Assembly (NCBI GenBank): GCA_965279525.1
Contig: CBDIIB010000004.1
Coordinates: 128,001 to 192,000, forward strand
Direction of reading: 5' to 3'
DNA length: 64,000 nt
Source of the DNA: Tagaea sp.
GTDB taxonomy: Bacteria > Pseudomonadota > Alphaproteobacteria > CACIAM-22H2
A program made the translations under genes and the position numbers. Positions 28,147 to 37,988 of the stretch are shown in pieces. The notes under the pieces are model-generated. The model saw nothing but the letters and a program-made list of their open reading frames with translations. It ran no database searches and had not been told where the DNA came from. Each line of letters opens with the position of its first letter. The stretch's first letter is position 1.

Positions 28147-29681
28147 CAATAGACGTCCCGCTGGTAGCGCCTGTCGGCGGCAAGGCGCTGCACGAAGGCC
28201 TTGGCGGCGGCGGCATCCATGCCGCCATGCGTGGCGACGACGGACTGGAGGGCGGCATCCACGTCGCGCGCCATGCGGCTTGCGTCGCCGCACACATAGA
28301 GGTGTGCGCCATCCTGCAGCCAGGCCCACATCTCGGCGCCGGCCGCGCGCATGCGGTCCTGCACGTAGATCTTCTCGGCCTGGTCGCGCGAGAAGGCGAG
28401 ATCAAGCCGCGTCAGCGTGCCGTCGGCGCGGAAGCCTTCGATCTCGTCGCGATAGATGAAGTCGCTGGCCTCGTGCTGGTCCCCGAAGAAAAGCCAGTTG
28501 CGGCCCTTGCCGGCACCCGCACGCCGCTCCTCGAGAAACGCGCGGAAGGGCGCGATCCCGGTCCCGGGCCCGACCATGATGACAGGCTTGCCCGGATCGG
28601 CCGGCAGGCGGAAGCCGTGTGCCGGCTGCACGAAGGCCTTGAGCCTGGCACCCGCGGCAAGCCGTTCGGAAAGGAAGGTCGAGGCCACGCCGTGCCGGTC
28701 GCGCGCGTTGCGCGAATAGCGCACGACGCCGACGGTCAGGTGGACCTCGCCGGGATGTGCCTTGGGCGACGAGGCGATCGAATAGAGGCGCGGCTGCAGC
28801 AGCTCGAGGGCGCCCAGCAACGCGTCGAGATCCGGGCGGATGGTCGCGAATGTCCGCAGCAGGTCGAGCAGGTCCGGATCGGCGAGGGGCGCATCGGCCG
28901 CCCCGTCGAGGATCTTGGCGAGGGCTGCCCGGTCGCCGGCATCGTCCGCCTGCTTCATCATCAGCTCGACGATGTTGTCGCCGGGCCGGGCGATATCGAG
29001 GCGGCGGGTCAGCGTGTCGCGCAGAGAGGCGCGCTGGCCATCGAGCTCGACGATGCGCTCGGGATCGGCCCCGAGTTCGGCGATCGTCGCCTCGACGAGG
29101 GCGGGATCGACTTCCGCGAACAGGCCGAACGCGTCGCCGACCTGATATTCGAGGCCCGTTCCGGAAAGATCGAACACGACATGGCGCGTGTCCTTGGCCG
29201 ATCCTTCGCCGTTGAGCGGGGTCGCCCCGCGGAACGTCGCCTCGGCCACGAGCCGGCCCGGCGGGTGGGCGGCTTCGGCCACGATGGCAGGTGCCGCCGC
29301 CGGCGCTTCGGCCAGCAACGCCCGCAATGCCTTCGACGTTTCCTTGCCGCCGGGCACGCACTTGCCGAGCGACTTCTCGGTTCCTTCCGCGATCGCCTCG
29401 GCATAGGTCTGGCAGAGATAGCCGCACTGGCCGCAATCGAGCTGGGCCATCGCGGCCATCAGCCGGCGCGCTGCGGGGCGATCCTTCGCAAGTTCCAGAC
29501 GCTCGTCGAGCAGCAGGGCGGCGTCGTGCCACGGGAAATCCTCGGCCGGTGCCGCCGGCGCGGCGGCCGGTCCCTCGATTACATCGCCACCCATCAAGCC
29601 GGCGAAAAAGCCGTTCAGCCACGCCCGCTGTGGCGGGCTGAAGGGCGCTTCTTCCGGAACGGACGGGATATAGACCGTCAT
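28146..29681 (-). CDS. sulfite-reductase-alpha-like flavoprotein with N-terminal FeS domain (probable electron donor to NirA)
   Basis: [13 protein letters not shown] FeS motif, then FNR-type [22 protein letters not shown] and terminal RYQRDVY. Confidence 0.88.
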   Translation of the reverse strand: MTVYIPSVPEEAPFSPPQRAWLNGFFAGLMGGDVIEGPAAAPAAPAEDFPWHDAALLLDERLELAKDRPAARRLMAAMAQLDCGQCGYLCQTYAEAIAEGTEKSLGKCVPGGKETSKALRALLAEAPAAAPAIVAEAAHPPGRLVAEATFRGATPLNGEGSAKDTRHVVFDLSGTGLEYQVGDAFGLFAEVDPALVEATIAELGADPERIVELDGQRASLRDTLTRRLDIARPGDNIVELMMKQADDAGDRAALAKILDGAADAPLADPDLLDLLRTFATIRPDLDALLGALELLQPRLYSIASSPKAHPGEVHLTVGVVRYSRNARDRHGVASTFLSERLAAGARLKAFVQPAHGFRLPADPGKPVIMVGPGTGIAPFRAFLEERRAGAGKGRNWLFFGDQHEASDFIYRDEIEGFRADGTLTRLDLAFSRDQAEKIYVQDRMRAAGAEMWAWLQDGAHLYVCGDASRMARDVDAALQSVVATHGGMDAAAAKAFVQRLAADRRYQRDVY

Positions 29682-31459
29682 GCGGCGAGCCCGCGCGCGG
29701 CCGCAAGTGCGGCGGCCAGGAAAGCGACGTCATGCCGGTTCGCCCACGCCTGGAAGCTTTCGCTTGGCCGGCGTGTGTCGAGATATGCCGTGAGGATACG
29801 CTCGACACGGGCGGGAATCTCTTCGGCCGGCACGTCGCGCAGGATTTCGCGCGCGATCGACTGTCCGCTGCCTGCACCGCCGCCCAGATGCAGGTGATAT
29901 CCCTCGACGGACTCCTCGCCGCGCTCGATCTTCGTCGCGATTAGGCCGATATCGCCGACATAGTGCTGCGCGCAGGAATGGTGGCAGCCGGTCAGGTGGA
30001 TATTGACGGGCTGATCGAGGACCACGCGCCCGTCGAGATGGCGTGCGATCGCGTCGGCGTGGCCCTTGGTGTCGGACGCCGCGAACTTGCACCCCGCATT
30101 GCCCGTGCAGGCGACAAGCCCGCCGCGCGGATTGGAGGCGCGCCAGTCCAGGCCCAGTGCCTCGATCGCCGCCTTGACGGCATCGAGGGAGGCGTCGGGA
30201 ATGTCGGAAATCAGCAGGTTTTGCCAGACAGTCAGGCGCAACGTACCGCTGCCGAAGCGTTCGGCGATGTCGGCAAGGCCGCGCATCTGGGCCGCTTCCA
30301 GCCGACCCGCCGACATGATCACGCCGATCCAGTTGCGTCCGGCCTGTGCCTGCGCATGGACGCCGAGATGTCCCGCCCGATCGATGGGGGCGCGCGGTTC
30401 GCACGCGTCAAGAGAAAGCCGGTCGAGCGGGAAGGGCAGGAGCTTCTCGACTTCTGTCAGAAACTTCTCGAAGCCCCAGGAATCGAGCAGGTATTTGAGC
30501 CGGGCCTTCTTGCGGTCGGTCCGGTCGCCATGCGCGATGAACACCCGCAGGATCGCGTCGGAAACGGCGACGCAGCGCTCCGGCGCCACGACGATGCCGG
30601 TATCGCGCGCGAAGTCGCCGTGTCCGGTGATGCCGCCGAGCTGCAGGCGGAACCACACGCCGGGTGCCACCGCCTGTCCTTCGCCCACGCGCATGGCGGC
30701 GAAGCCGACGTCGTTGGTGTCCTCAAGCACGGCGATCTTGCCGCCGCCGTCGAAGGCGATGTTGAACTTGCGCGGCAGCGCGTAGAGATCGCGATGGTTG
30801 AGGATATGGTGCTGCAGGCGGCGCGCAAGCGGGCGCGTGTCGATCAGCTCCTGCGGGTCGATGCCGGCCGCCGGGCTGCCGGTGATGTTGCGAACGTTGT
30901 CGGCACCCGTCCCGCGGCTGGTGAGGCCGAGTTCCTGCAGTTCGATCAGGAAATCGGGTGCGTTGGCGGGCGCGATCTCACGGATCTGCAGGTTGTTGCG
31001 CGTCGTCACGTGCGAATAGCCCCCGCCCATCCGCTCGGCGAGATCGGCAAGGCCGCGCATCTGGCGGGCATCGAGCACGCCGTGATGGATGCGCAGCCGG
31101 CACATGAACGAATCCTGTGCCGGTGCGACGAAGAACAGGCCGAAATACTTGGTGAGAAAAACATCGGTGCCCTTGGGCGCGGCTCCCTTTTCGGCGGCGG
31201 CGACGAGTTCGTCCCACCGGTCGAGCGGCGGCTTGGCACGCTTGGCCTGTTCTTCGGCCGTCAGCTTGCCGCCCGACGCGATCGTGCGGTCCTGTGCGGC
31301 AATCAACGCCGCATCCGGCCCGGTCGGGGCGGCAGCACCCGTCGCTGCACTGCCGAGCAGCGGCGGCATGCCGAGTGCCGCGCGCTTGGCGGCGATCCCG
31401 CTGGCGAAGCCGGCCAGATACTGTTTCTGCTCGTCGCTGAAATCCTGGACGGGATCCAT
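29678..31459 (-). CDS. nirA: ferredoxin-type nitrite reductase (siroheme/4Fe-4S), NirA family
   Basis: Start [46 protein letters not shown] and TGCHHSC cluster ligands. Confidence 0.92.
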   Translation of the reverse strand: MDPVQDFSDEQKQYLAGFASGIAAKRAALGMPPLLGSAATGAAAPTGPDAALIAAQDRTIASGGKLTAEEQAKRAKPPLDRWDELVAAAEKGAAPKGTDVFLTKYFGLFFVAPAQDSFMCRLRIHHGVLDARQMRGLADLAERMGGGYSHVTTRNNLQIREIAPANAPDFLIELQELGLTSRGTGADNVRNITGSPAAGIDPQELIDTRPLARRLQHHILNHRDLYALPRKFNIAFDGGGKIAVLEDTNDVGFAAMRVGEGQAVAPGVWFRLQLGGITGHGDFARDTGIVVAPERCVAVSDAILRVFIAHGDRTDRKKARLKYLLDSWGFEKFLTEVEKLLPFPLDRLSLDACEPRAPIDRAGHLGVHAQAQAGRNWIGVIMSAGRLEAAQMRGLADIAERFGSGTLRLTVWQNLLISDIPDASLDAVKAAIEALGLDWRASNPRGGLVACTGNAGCKFAASDTKGHADAIARHLDGRVVLDQPVNIHLTGCHHSCAQHYVGDIGLIATKIERGEESVEGYHLHLGGGAGSGQSIAREILRDVPAEEIPARVERILTAYLDTRRPSESFQAWANRHDVAFLAAALAAARGLAA

Positions 31460-31467
31460 CGTCGACC

Positions 31468-32700
31468 TCAATCGGCGGCGTGAGGCATGGGGTCGGCGTA
31501 GGCGCGCCCGAACGCGAGCCGGTCGCGGAGCGCGTCGACATCGCAAGCGGTCGCGATCAGTTCGGCATACCAGGCCGCATCCTCGACATCGCCGTAGAGA
31601 AGTGCTCCTTCCAGACGGCCGTCGCGCAACACGAATTTCCGGTAGACCGGTGCAGCGGGATCCGCGAGCACTAGCGTCTCGGCATCGGGGCCTTCGCGCA
31701 CGATTCCGGCGGAGAAGAGATCGATGCCAGAGACCTTCAGGCTCGTCGCCGGTGCGCTGCCTTCGAAGTTGGCACTGCGGCCGCACAGCGTATCGGCAAG
31801 AACGCGCGCCTGTTCCCAGATCGGACCGACGAGGCCGAAGGTCTGGCCGCGATGCTCGACACACTCGCCCAGCGCGTAGATCGCCGGATCGTCGGTGCAG
31901 AGCGTATCGTCGACAATCACGCCGCGCTTGCACGCAAGACCCGCTGCCCGTGCCAGCGACGCTTCCGGCACGATCCCAACGGCCAGGACGACGAGATCGG
32001 CGGGCAGGACCGTTCCGTCGGCAAGCTGCACCCCAGTCGCCTTGCCATCGTCGCCCAGGATCGCTTCGGTCTGCGCGCCGAGATGGAGCGAAATGCCGCG
32101 CGCCGCCAGCGCATCGGCAAGCAGGGACGCGGCGGGCGCGTCGAGCTGGCGTTCCATCAGGTCGGGGGCGAGATGGACGACGGAGACCGCCACACCCCGG
32201 CGCACGAGCCCGGCTGCCGCTTCGAGACCCAGCAAGCCACCGCCCACGACGACCGCGCGCGAACCGGCCGGCAACGCGCACATGCGCGACACGTCGGCAA
32301 GGTCGCGGAACGTGGCCACACCGTCGAGATCGACGCCCGGCAACTTGAGGCGGATCGGCCGCGAGCCGGTGGCAAGCACCAGCTTGTCGTAGCGGATGTC
32401 ATGGCCTGCCAGCGTGCGTATGGTTTTCGCACCCCGGTCGATCGCCTCGACCGTCTCGCCGGTGACGAGCTCGATGCCGTTCGCGGCGTACCAGGGCCGC
32501 CCGGCAAGTGCTATGTCGGCGAACGACTTGTCGCCGGCCAGCACCGACGACAGCAGGATCCGGTTATAGGCTTCGTGCGGTTCCGCCCCGATCGCGGTGA
32601 GGCCGCCCGACCGGCCGCGCGCGACCAGTTCCGACAGCAGCCGCTGGCCGGCCATGCCGTTGCCGACGACGACGATGCGCGGGGCGGCCTTGCCGGTCAT
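31468..32700 (-). CDS. NADH:FAD oxidoreductase resembling the NirB/NasB N-terminal module (stand-alone)
   Basis: [56 protein letters not shown]. 410 aa with no siroheme domain. Confidence 0.88.
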   Translation of the reverse strand: MTGKAAPRIVVVGNGMAGQRLLSELVARGRSGGLTAIGAEPHEAYNRILLSSVLAGDKSFADIALAGRPWYAANGIELVTGETVEAIDRGAKTIRTLAGHDIRYDKLVLATGSRPIRLKLPGVDLDGVATFRDLADVSRMCALPAGSRAVVVGGGLLGLEAAAGLVRRGVAVSVVHLAPDLMERQLDAPAASLLADALAARGISLHLGAQTEAILGDDGKATGVQLADGTVLPADLVVLAVGIVPEASLARAAGLACKRGVIVDDTLCTDDPAIYALGECVEHRGQTFGLVGPIWEQARVLADTLCGRSANFEGSAPATSLKVSGIDLFSAGIVREGPDAETLVLADPAAPVYRKFVLRDGRLEGALLYGDVEDAAWYAELIATACDVDALRDRLAFGRAYADPMPHAAD

Positions 32701-33503
32701 GCCGCGAGTGTGGGCGCCTTGTGGCGCGCATAGAGGAACTCGAGCACGGCCGCGCGCGCCGAAAGGTAGGTCGGATGGGCGACGAGATCGAGGCGCTTGC
32801 GCGGCCGCGGCAGGTCAACCGTCAGTACCTCGCCGATGGTCGCGGCCGGCCCGTTGGTCATCATCACGATACGGTCCGAGAGCAGCACCGCCTCGTCCAC
32901 GTCGTGCGTGACCATCAGCACCGTATTGCCGAGGCGTGCATGGATTTCCATGACGGAATCCTGCAGGTGGGCGCGCGTCAGCGCGTCCAGCGCGCCGAAC
33001 GGCTCGTCGAGCAGCAGCACCTTTGGCTGCATGGAAAGCGCGCGTGCGATGCCCACGCGCTGCTTCATGCCGCCCGAGATCTCGCCCGGCCGCTTGTCGC
33101 GCGCATGCGCCATGTGGACGAGCTCGAGATTGTGCGCCGTCCACTCGTCGCGTTCGGCCTTGCTCTTCTTGCCGGCGAACACCTTGTCGACCGCAAGGCG
33201 CACGTTGTCGTAGACGGTGAGCCAGGGCAGCAGCGAGTGGTTCTGGAACACGACCGCGCGATCCGGACCCGGCTCCTCGACCGCGATCCCCTGCAGGAAC
33301 ACGACACCCTTCGTCGTGTCGGTGAGGCCGGCGACGATGTTGAGCAGCGTCGATTTCCCGCACCCCGAATGCCCGATGATCGAGACGAACTCGCCTTCGG
33401 CGATCTCGAGATTGACGTCGTGCAGGACCTCGCTGACCGCGTCGCCGCGGCGGAAAGTCTTGTCGAGATGGTCGATGCACAGGAACGCGTCCTGGATGCT
33501 CAT
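32697..33503 (-). CDS. nrtC: nitrate ABC transporter ATP-binding protein
   Basis: GHSGCGKST, VVFQNHSLLPWLT, SGGMKQRVGIARAL, MMTNGPAATIG. Confidence 0.9.
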   Translation of the reverse strand: MSIQDAFLCIDHLDKTFRRGDAVSEVLHDVNLEIAEGEFVSIIGHSGCGKSTLLNIVAGLTDTTKGVVFLQGIAVEEPGPDRAVVFQNHSLLPWLTVYDNVRLAVDKVFAGKKSKAERDEWTAHNLELVHMAHARDKRPGEISGGMKQRVGIARALSMQPKVLLLDEPFGALDALTRAHLQDSVMEIHARLGNTVLMVTHDVDEAVLLSDRIVMMTNGPAATIGEVLTVDLPRPRKRLDLVAHPTYLSARAAVLEFLYARHKAPTLAA

Positions 33504-33525
33504 GCGTGGTCTCCCTGTTCCGCGT

Positions 33526-34422
33526 TCAGTTCGATGCCGTGCCGCGCGTGATGCGCGTGGCGACGAAGGCGACAAGCCGGTCGAGCACGAAGCCCACGAT
33601 GCCGATATAGACAAGCGCCACGACGATGTCGGGGATGCGCGAGGAGTTCCACGCGTCCCAGATGAAGAAGCCGATGCCGATCCCGCCAGTCAGCATCTCC
33701 GCCGCGACGATGGCGAGCCACGCCAGGCCGATTCCGATGCGCAGGCCCGTGAAGATGTACGGGGCCGCCGACGGCACCATGATCTTGTAGAAGAACTCGA
33801 AATGGTTGAGCCGCAGCACTAGCGCCACGTTGCGGTAGTCCTGCGGGATGTTGCGGATCCCGACCGCCGTGTTGATCAAGATCGGCCAGATCGCCGTGAT
33901 GAAGATGACGAAGATCGCCGAGGGGCTCGCGTCGCGGAACGCCGCCAGCGAGATCGGCAGCCAGGCAAGCGGCGGGACGGTGCGCAGGATCTGGAAAACC
34001 GGATCGAGGCCGCGCATCGCCCAGACCGACTGGCCGACCACCGTGCCGACCAGCACGCCGACGATCGCCGCGAGACTGAAGCCGATCGCCACGCGCTGGA
34101 GCGAGGTAAGGACCCGCCAGCCGAGTCCCATGTCCTGCGATCCGGCCACGAAGAACGGATCGAGGATCAGGTCGCTCGCCTCGCGCCAGACGACCGTCGG
34201 CGACGGCAGTGTGGCGCCGGGGCGGTCGAACGCGATCTGCCAGATCGCGAGGATGACGAGCGTGGTCAGCAGCGGCGGCACGACCGCCACGCACAATGTC
34301 CGCAACGCCGGCACGATGCGCGTGGAGAAGGCCGGCGTGGCGCGCTTGAGCGGCACGACCTTGGCGATCGCCCCCGGTGTCGGGGGCGATGCCACTGCAA
34401 GCTTGCGGGCGGTGGCTGTCAT
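33526..34422 (-). CDS. nrtB: nitrate ABC transporter permease
   Basis: DPVFQILRTVPPLAWLP, IPQDYRNVA, WLAIVAAEML, GIGFFIWDAWN. Confidence 0.92.
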   Translation of the reverse strand: MTATARKLAVASPPTPGAIAKVVPLKRATPAFSTRIVPALRTLCVAVVPPLLTTLVILAIWQIAFDRPGATLPSPTVVWREASDLILDPFFVAGSQDMGLGWRVLTSLQRVAIGFSLAAIVGVLVGTVVGQSVWAMRGLDPVFQILRTVPPLAWLPISLAAFRDASPSAIFVIFITAIWPILINTAVGIRNIPQDYRNVALVLRLNHFEFFYKIMVPSAAPYIFTGLRIGIGLAWLAIVAAEMLTGGIGIGFFIWDAWNSSRIPDIVVALVYIGIVGFVLDRLVAFVATRITRGTASN

Positions 34423-34436
34423 GATCGGCGTCCTCC

Positions 34437-35726
34437 TCAGACGGCGGCGCGCTTGATGCGCTGGGTCTTCAGGTAGGCCATCGGATCGGCCGGATCGAAC
34501 TTCACGCCGTCGAAGAAGGTCTCGACGCCGCGCGAATCGCTTGCCGGCATGTTGGCCACGCCCAGCGCCTTGGCCGCTTCGCGCCAGAGGTCGGCGCGGT
34601 TCGTCTTGTCGACGAACGCCTTGATATCCATGTCGGGCTTGAACCGGCCCCAGCGGATGTTCTCGGTCATGAACCATGTGTCGAGGCTCTTCCACGGAAA
34701 GGACGTGGCTCCGCCTTCGCCCCAGAACTTCATGTAGAGGTTCGTTCCGGCCGACTTTCGGCCGAGGCCGTAGTTGATGTCGCCCTTGAGGCGGTTGACG
34801 ATGTCGGCCGGCGGCACGTTGAACCACTGGCGGCGGCCGACGATGTTCGAGAGCTCTTCCTTGTTGGCCATCGATTCGCACCATTGCTGGGCTTCCATCA
34901 CGGCCATCAGCATCGCCTGCGTGGCGCGCGGGTTCTTGTCGACCCATGCGGCGCGCATGCCGAGGATCTTCTCGGGGTGCTTGAACCAGAGTTCGCCGGT
35001 GGTCAGCGCCGAATAGCCGATGTCCTGGTTGACGAGCTGCTCGTTCCACGGCTCGCCCACGCAGAAGACATCCATGTTGCCCACGCGCATGTTGGCGACC
35101 ATCTGCGGCGGCGGCACGACGATGACGCGGATGTCGCTGTCGGGATCGATGCCGCCTGCGGCGAGCCAGTAGCGCATCCACAGGTCATGCGTGCCGCCCG
35201 GAAACGTCACGGCAGCCGTGAGCTCGCCGCCGCGCGCCTTCTTGCGCTCGAAGGCGGCCTTCAGCGGGGAAGAGTCCTTGCCGACCTTGAGGTCCTTGTA
35301 CTCGTTCGAGACCGAGATCGCCTGGCCGTCCTCGTTGAGGTTGAGCATCGTATAGAGCGGCGTGGGTACGTTGTTCTGCGTGACGAGGCCCGACGAGATC
35401 AGATGCACCATCGGGCGCAGGATGTGCGCGCCGTCGATGCCGTTGCCTTCGCCGCCCAGCACGATGTTGTCGCGCGTGGCACCCCAGGAAGCCTGCTTGG
35501 AGACCTCGACGTCGCCCACGCCGTATTTCGCGAACAGGCCGCGTTCCTTGGCGATGATGAGCGGTGCCGAGTCCGTCAACGCGATGTAGCCGAGGACGGC
35601 CTTTTTCGTTTCGGGGCCCGCACCTTGGGCGAAAGCGCCGGCCGGGAAGGCGGCGCGCGCGGCGGCGAACAGGGCGGCGGTCGCGGCTGTGCCGCGCAGC
35701 AGCTTGCGGCGGGAGATTGCTTTCAT
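34437..35726 (-). CDS. nrtA: nitrate ABC transporter substrate-binding protein (NrtA/CmpA family), Tat signal
   Basis: SRRKLL, LGYIALTDSAPL, TFPGGTHDLWMRYWLAAGGIDP, PPPQMVANM, CVGEPW, HPEK. Confidence 0.92.
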   Translation of the reverse strand: MKAISRRKLLRGTAATAALFAAARAAFPAGAFAQGAGPETKKAVLGYIALTDSAPLIIAKERGLFAKYGVGDVEVSKQASWGATRDNIVLGGEGNGIDGAHILRPMVHLISSGLVTQNNVPTPLYTMLNLNEDGQAISVSNEYKDLKVGKDSSPLKAAFERKKARGGELTAAVTFPGGTHDLWMRYWLAAGGIDPDSDIRVIVVPPPQMVANMRVGNMDVFCVGEPWNEQLVNQDIGYSALTTGELWFKHPEKILGMRAAWVDKNPRATQAMLMAVMEAQQWCESMANKEELSNIVGRRQWFNVPPADIVNRLKGDINYGLGRKSAGTNLYMKFWGEGGATSFPWKSLDTWFMTENIRWGRFKPDMDIKAFVDKTNRADLWREAAKALGVANMPASDSRGVETFFDGVKFDPADPMAYLKTQRIKRAAV

Positions 35727-36994
35727 CGATCGGTCTCCTTGATTCGGATGGAATGCGGGGAAGCTGGGCTGGCAGGGCGCTGGAACAGTTCCGTCGGGTC
35801 GAAGACGGTGCCGTCGCAGAAAAGGTCGGGGCCGAGCGATATGTCGCCGCCGGCTTCGGCAAGCACGTGCGTGCCGGCGTGGGTCCCTTCGGTCTTGAAG
35901 TCGACGGCTGGCGCCGCGATGCCGAGGCGGCTGGCTGCCGCGCGATAGATGTCGGGCCGGTAGACGGCATCGGCCGTCGCGGCGAGATCGCACGACGCAT
36001 CGAGCTGGCCCCAGCGGCGCATCTGCAGGAGCGTCCAGAGCGCGTGGCTGCGCCAGGGGAACGGGGCGGCATACCGGTTGAAGACGTGGAAGTCCGTGAG
36101 CGTGCGTGTCGGTTCGCCCGGTACGGTCAGCACGTGACCGCCGAGCGTGGCGGCGACGAGTTCGACGGGTGCATCGACATAGGCAGGGGTCGCGACGAGG
36201 CGTGCCGCGTCGGCACGGTTGTCCGGATCGTCGAGCCAGCGGCACGCGTCGAGCAGCGCCATGACGAGGGCAAGATGCGTGTTCGGGTGCCGCTCGGCCC
36301 AGGCGCGAGTGGTGCCGAACACCTTTTCGGGGTGGTTGTTCCAGATGTCGTAGGTGCAAAGCACGACGCAGCCCACGCCCAGATCGACCGCGCGTTGGCC
36401 CCAGGGCGCACCCACGCAATAGCCGTCGATGTCGCCTTCGAGCAGGCGTTCGACCATGCGCGGCGGCGGCACGATGACGAGGCGCACGTCGCGTTCGGGA
36501 TCGATGCCGGCCGATGCCAGCCAATAGCGCAGCAGGTAGTTGTGGCTCGAGAACGGGAACGTGGCGGCAAAGCGCAGCCGCGGCAGGCCGCGCGCGGCGC
36601 GTGCCGCGATCGCCGCGCGCAGTGCTTCACCCGTCGCCCGGGCTCCGACGATGGGTGCGGAGGCATGGTTCTTCAGTTCCGCCCAGAGCTCCGTCGAGAG
36701 CGTCACGGCGTTGCCGTTGAGATTGAGATTGAGGCCGACCACCATCGGCGTGCGGAAGCCGCCGAGCCCGAGCGTGGCCGCCAGCGGCATGGCCGCGAGC
36801 ATCTGGGCGCCATCGAGCGCTTCGACCGCGACCTTGTCGCGCACCGTCGCCCACGACGCTTCGCGCGACAGCTCGACATCCAGACCGTGGCGCTCGAAAT
36901 AGCCCTTCTCGCGCGCCACCACGAGCGGCGCGCAGTCCGTCAGCGGCACGAAGCCGAGCGTGATCCGGTGTTTCTCGATCCCCTGCAGCGCCAT
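35723..36994 (-). CDS. nasS: cytoplasmic nitrate sensor NasS (NrtA/CmpA homologue without signal peptide)
   Basis: LGFVPLTDCAPL, SWATVRDK, FPFSSHNYLLRYWLA, CVGAPW, YRPDIYR. No leader peptide, and adjacent to the ANTAR regulator. Confidence 0.8.
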   Translation of the reverse strand: MALQGIEKHRITLGFVPLTDCAPLVVAREKGYFERHGLDVELSREASWATVRDKVAVEALDGAQMLAAMPLAATLGLGGFRTPMVVGLNLNLNGNAVTLSTELWAELKNHASAPIVGARATGEALRAAIAARAARGLPRLRFAATFPFSSHNYLLRYWLASAGIDPERDVRLVIVPPPRMVERLLEGDIDGYCVGAPWGQRAVDLGVGCVVLCTYDIWNNHPEKVFGTTRAWAERHPNTHLALVMALLDACRWLDDPDNRADAARLVATPAYVDAPVELVAATLGGHVLTVPGEPTRTLTDFHVFNRYAAPFPWRSHALWTLLQMRRWGQLDASCDLAATADAVYRPDIYRAAASRLGIAAPAVDFKTEGTHAGTHVLAEAGGDISLGPDLFCDGTVFDPTELFQRPASPASPHSIRIKETDR

Positions 36995-37009
36995 TCCCGT
37001 CCGATCCCG

Positions 37010-37086
37010 AAACGAAAACGGCGCCCCGCAGAAACCGGTCCAACCGCGTCCGAAGACGGGTTCGCCAGATCTGCGGGACGCCGTTG
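37010..37086 (-). terminator. intrinsic terminator of the nas leader, overlapping ANTAR hairpin 2
   Basis: On the minus strand AACGGCGTCCCGCAGA pairs with TCTGCGGGGCGCCGTT, followed by TTCGTTT. Confidence 0.8.
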
Positions 37087-37142
37087 TCCCGAGGGCTTTC
37101 GCCCTGAATGAGGTGCCATCCGCCGCCCGGCGCCATTGCCGG
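37075..37142 (-). ncRNA. ANTAR-binding dual stem-loop leader RNA (NasT target)
   Basis: Minus-strand hairpins CCGGC-AATGGC-GCCGG (37127-37142) and GGGAC-AACGGC-GTCCC (37075-37090). Both hexaloops have A1 and G4, the ANTAR consensus. Confidence 0.85.
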
Positions 37143-37169
37143 ACGTGTGATGAGCACCCACCACATTCA

Positions 37170-37185
37170 GCAATGGCCGTGCCAA
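37170..37185 (-). promoter_or_regulatory. sigma54 (-24/-12) promoter of the nasS-nrt-nir-nas operon
   Basis: Minus strand TTGGCAC-GGCCA-TTGC matches consensus TGGCAC-N5-TTGC and lies just upstream of the ANTAR hairpins. Confidence 0.88.
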
Positions 37186-37304
37186 GCAGCATCAACGGGT
37201 AGATTTGTCCGTCAATTCAGGTTGTTGGAGCGGAACCTGGATTTCCGCACCGTTCGGGCCGTCGCCGGCAACTGCCGAAAGAACAGGTCACGCTTTGTGT
37301 GCAG

Positions 37305-37321
37305 CGCACAAAAGTCAGGCA
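37305..37321. promoter_or_regulatory. putative NtrC upstream activator site
   Basis: CGCACAAAAGTCAGGCA resembles TGCAC-N7-GTGCA and lies about 120 bp upstream of the sigma54 box. Confidence 0.55.
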
Positions 37322-37322
37322 G

Positions 37323-37919
37323 TCAGCTCTTCAGGACCTGCGCGAAGGCGATCAGTTCGCGGGCCACGTCGGCCAGGCGCTGTTTGCGATCCATCGCGAG
37401 CTTGCGCAGCGTCTTGTACGCCGCATCCTCGCCGAGGCCGCGGCTGTCCATCAGGATCCCCTTCGCGCGATCGACGAGCTTGCGCTCTTCGAGGCTCTCG
37501 CGCGCCTGGACAAGCTCGCTCTTCAGCCGCTCGTGTTCGCGGAAGCGCGCGACCGCCACGTCGAGGATCGGCTTCACGCGGTTGGGTGCCAGCCCGTCGA
37601 CGATATAGGCCGAAACGCCCGCACGGATGGCTTCCACGGTCGACGTCTCGTCGGACTCGTCGACGAACATGACGATGGGCTGCGTGCGGTCCTCGGCCAG
37701 TGCGCGCATCGATTCGAGCGTGTCGCGATCCGGCGATTCGATGTCCACGATCACGAGGCCGGGTTGATGCAGGCGCATCACCGCCACGAGATCGTCGCGC
37801 GGACCGACGACGGCGACGATCCGGTAGCCCGAGCCGGCCAGCGTCTCGCGCAGCATTGCCGCGCGTGCCTCGTTGGCATCAACGAGAACGATCGGGATTT
37901 CGTGACCTGTGGGCGGCAT
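37323..37919 (-). CDS. nasT: ANTAR-domain antiterminator NasT (REC + ANTAR)
   Basis: DIESPDRD, PIVMFVD, AGVSAYIVDGL, ANTAR LEERKLVDRAKGILM..GLGEDAAYKTLRKLAM. Confidence 0.93.
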   Translation of the reverse strand: MPPTGHEIPIVLVDANEARAAMLRETLAGSGYRIVAVVGPRDDLVAVMRLHQPGLVIVDIESPDRDTLESMRALAEDRTQPIVMFVDESDETSTVEAIRAGVSAYIVDGLAPNRVKPILDVAVARFREHERLKSELVQARESLEERKLVDRAKGILMDSRGLGEDAAYKTLRKLAMDRKQRLADVARELIAFAQVLKS

Positions 37920-37931
37920 CGGAGGTCAGCT

Positions 37932-37947
37932 TGCATGCTGCGTGCCG
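37932..37947 (-). promoter_or_regulatory. probable sigma54 promoter of nasT
   Basis: Minus strand CGGCAC-GCAGC-ATGCA gives GG-N10-GC spacing directly upstream of nasT. Confidence 0.6.
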
Positions 37948-37988
37948 CCGCAAATTGCCCCGTCCGGAAGCCGGCGAACGCAGCTACT

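Noticed and set aside
28083-31483. 604-aa and 506-aa plus-strand ORFs
   Set aside because: Antisense to the flavoprotein and nirA. Explained by codon bias.
29678-32281. 867-aa ORF suggesting a NirB-NirA fusion or frameshifted nirB
   Set aside because: The extension is off-frame overlap. The NADH module has its own stop at 31468 and nirA its own RBS (GAGG) and ATG at 31459.
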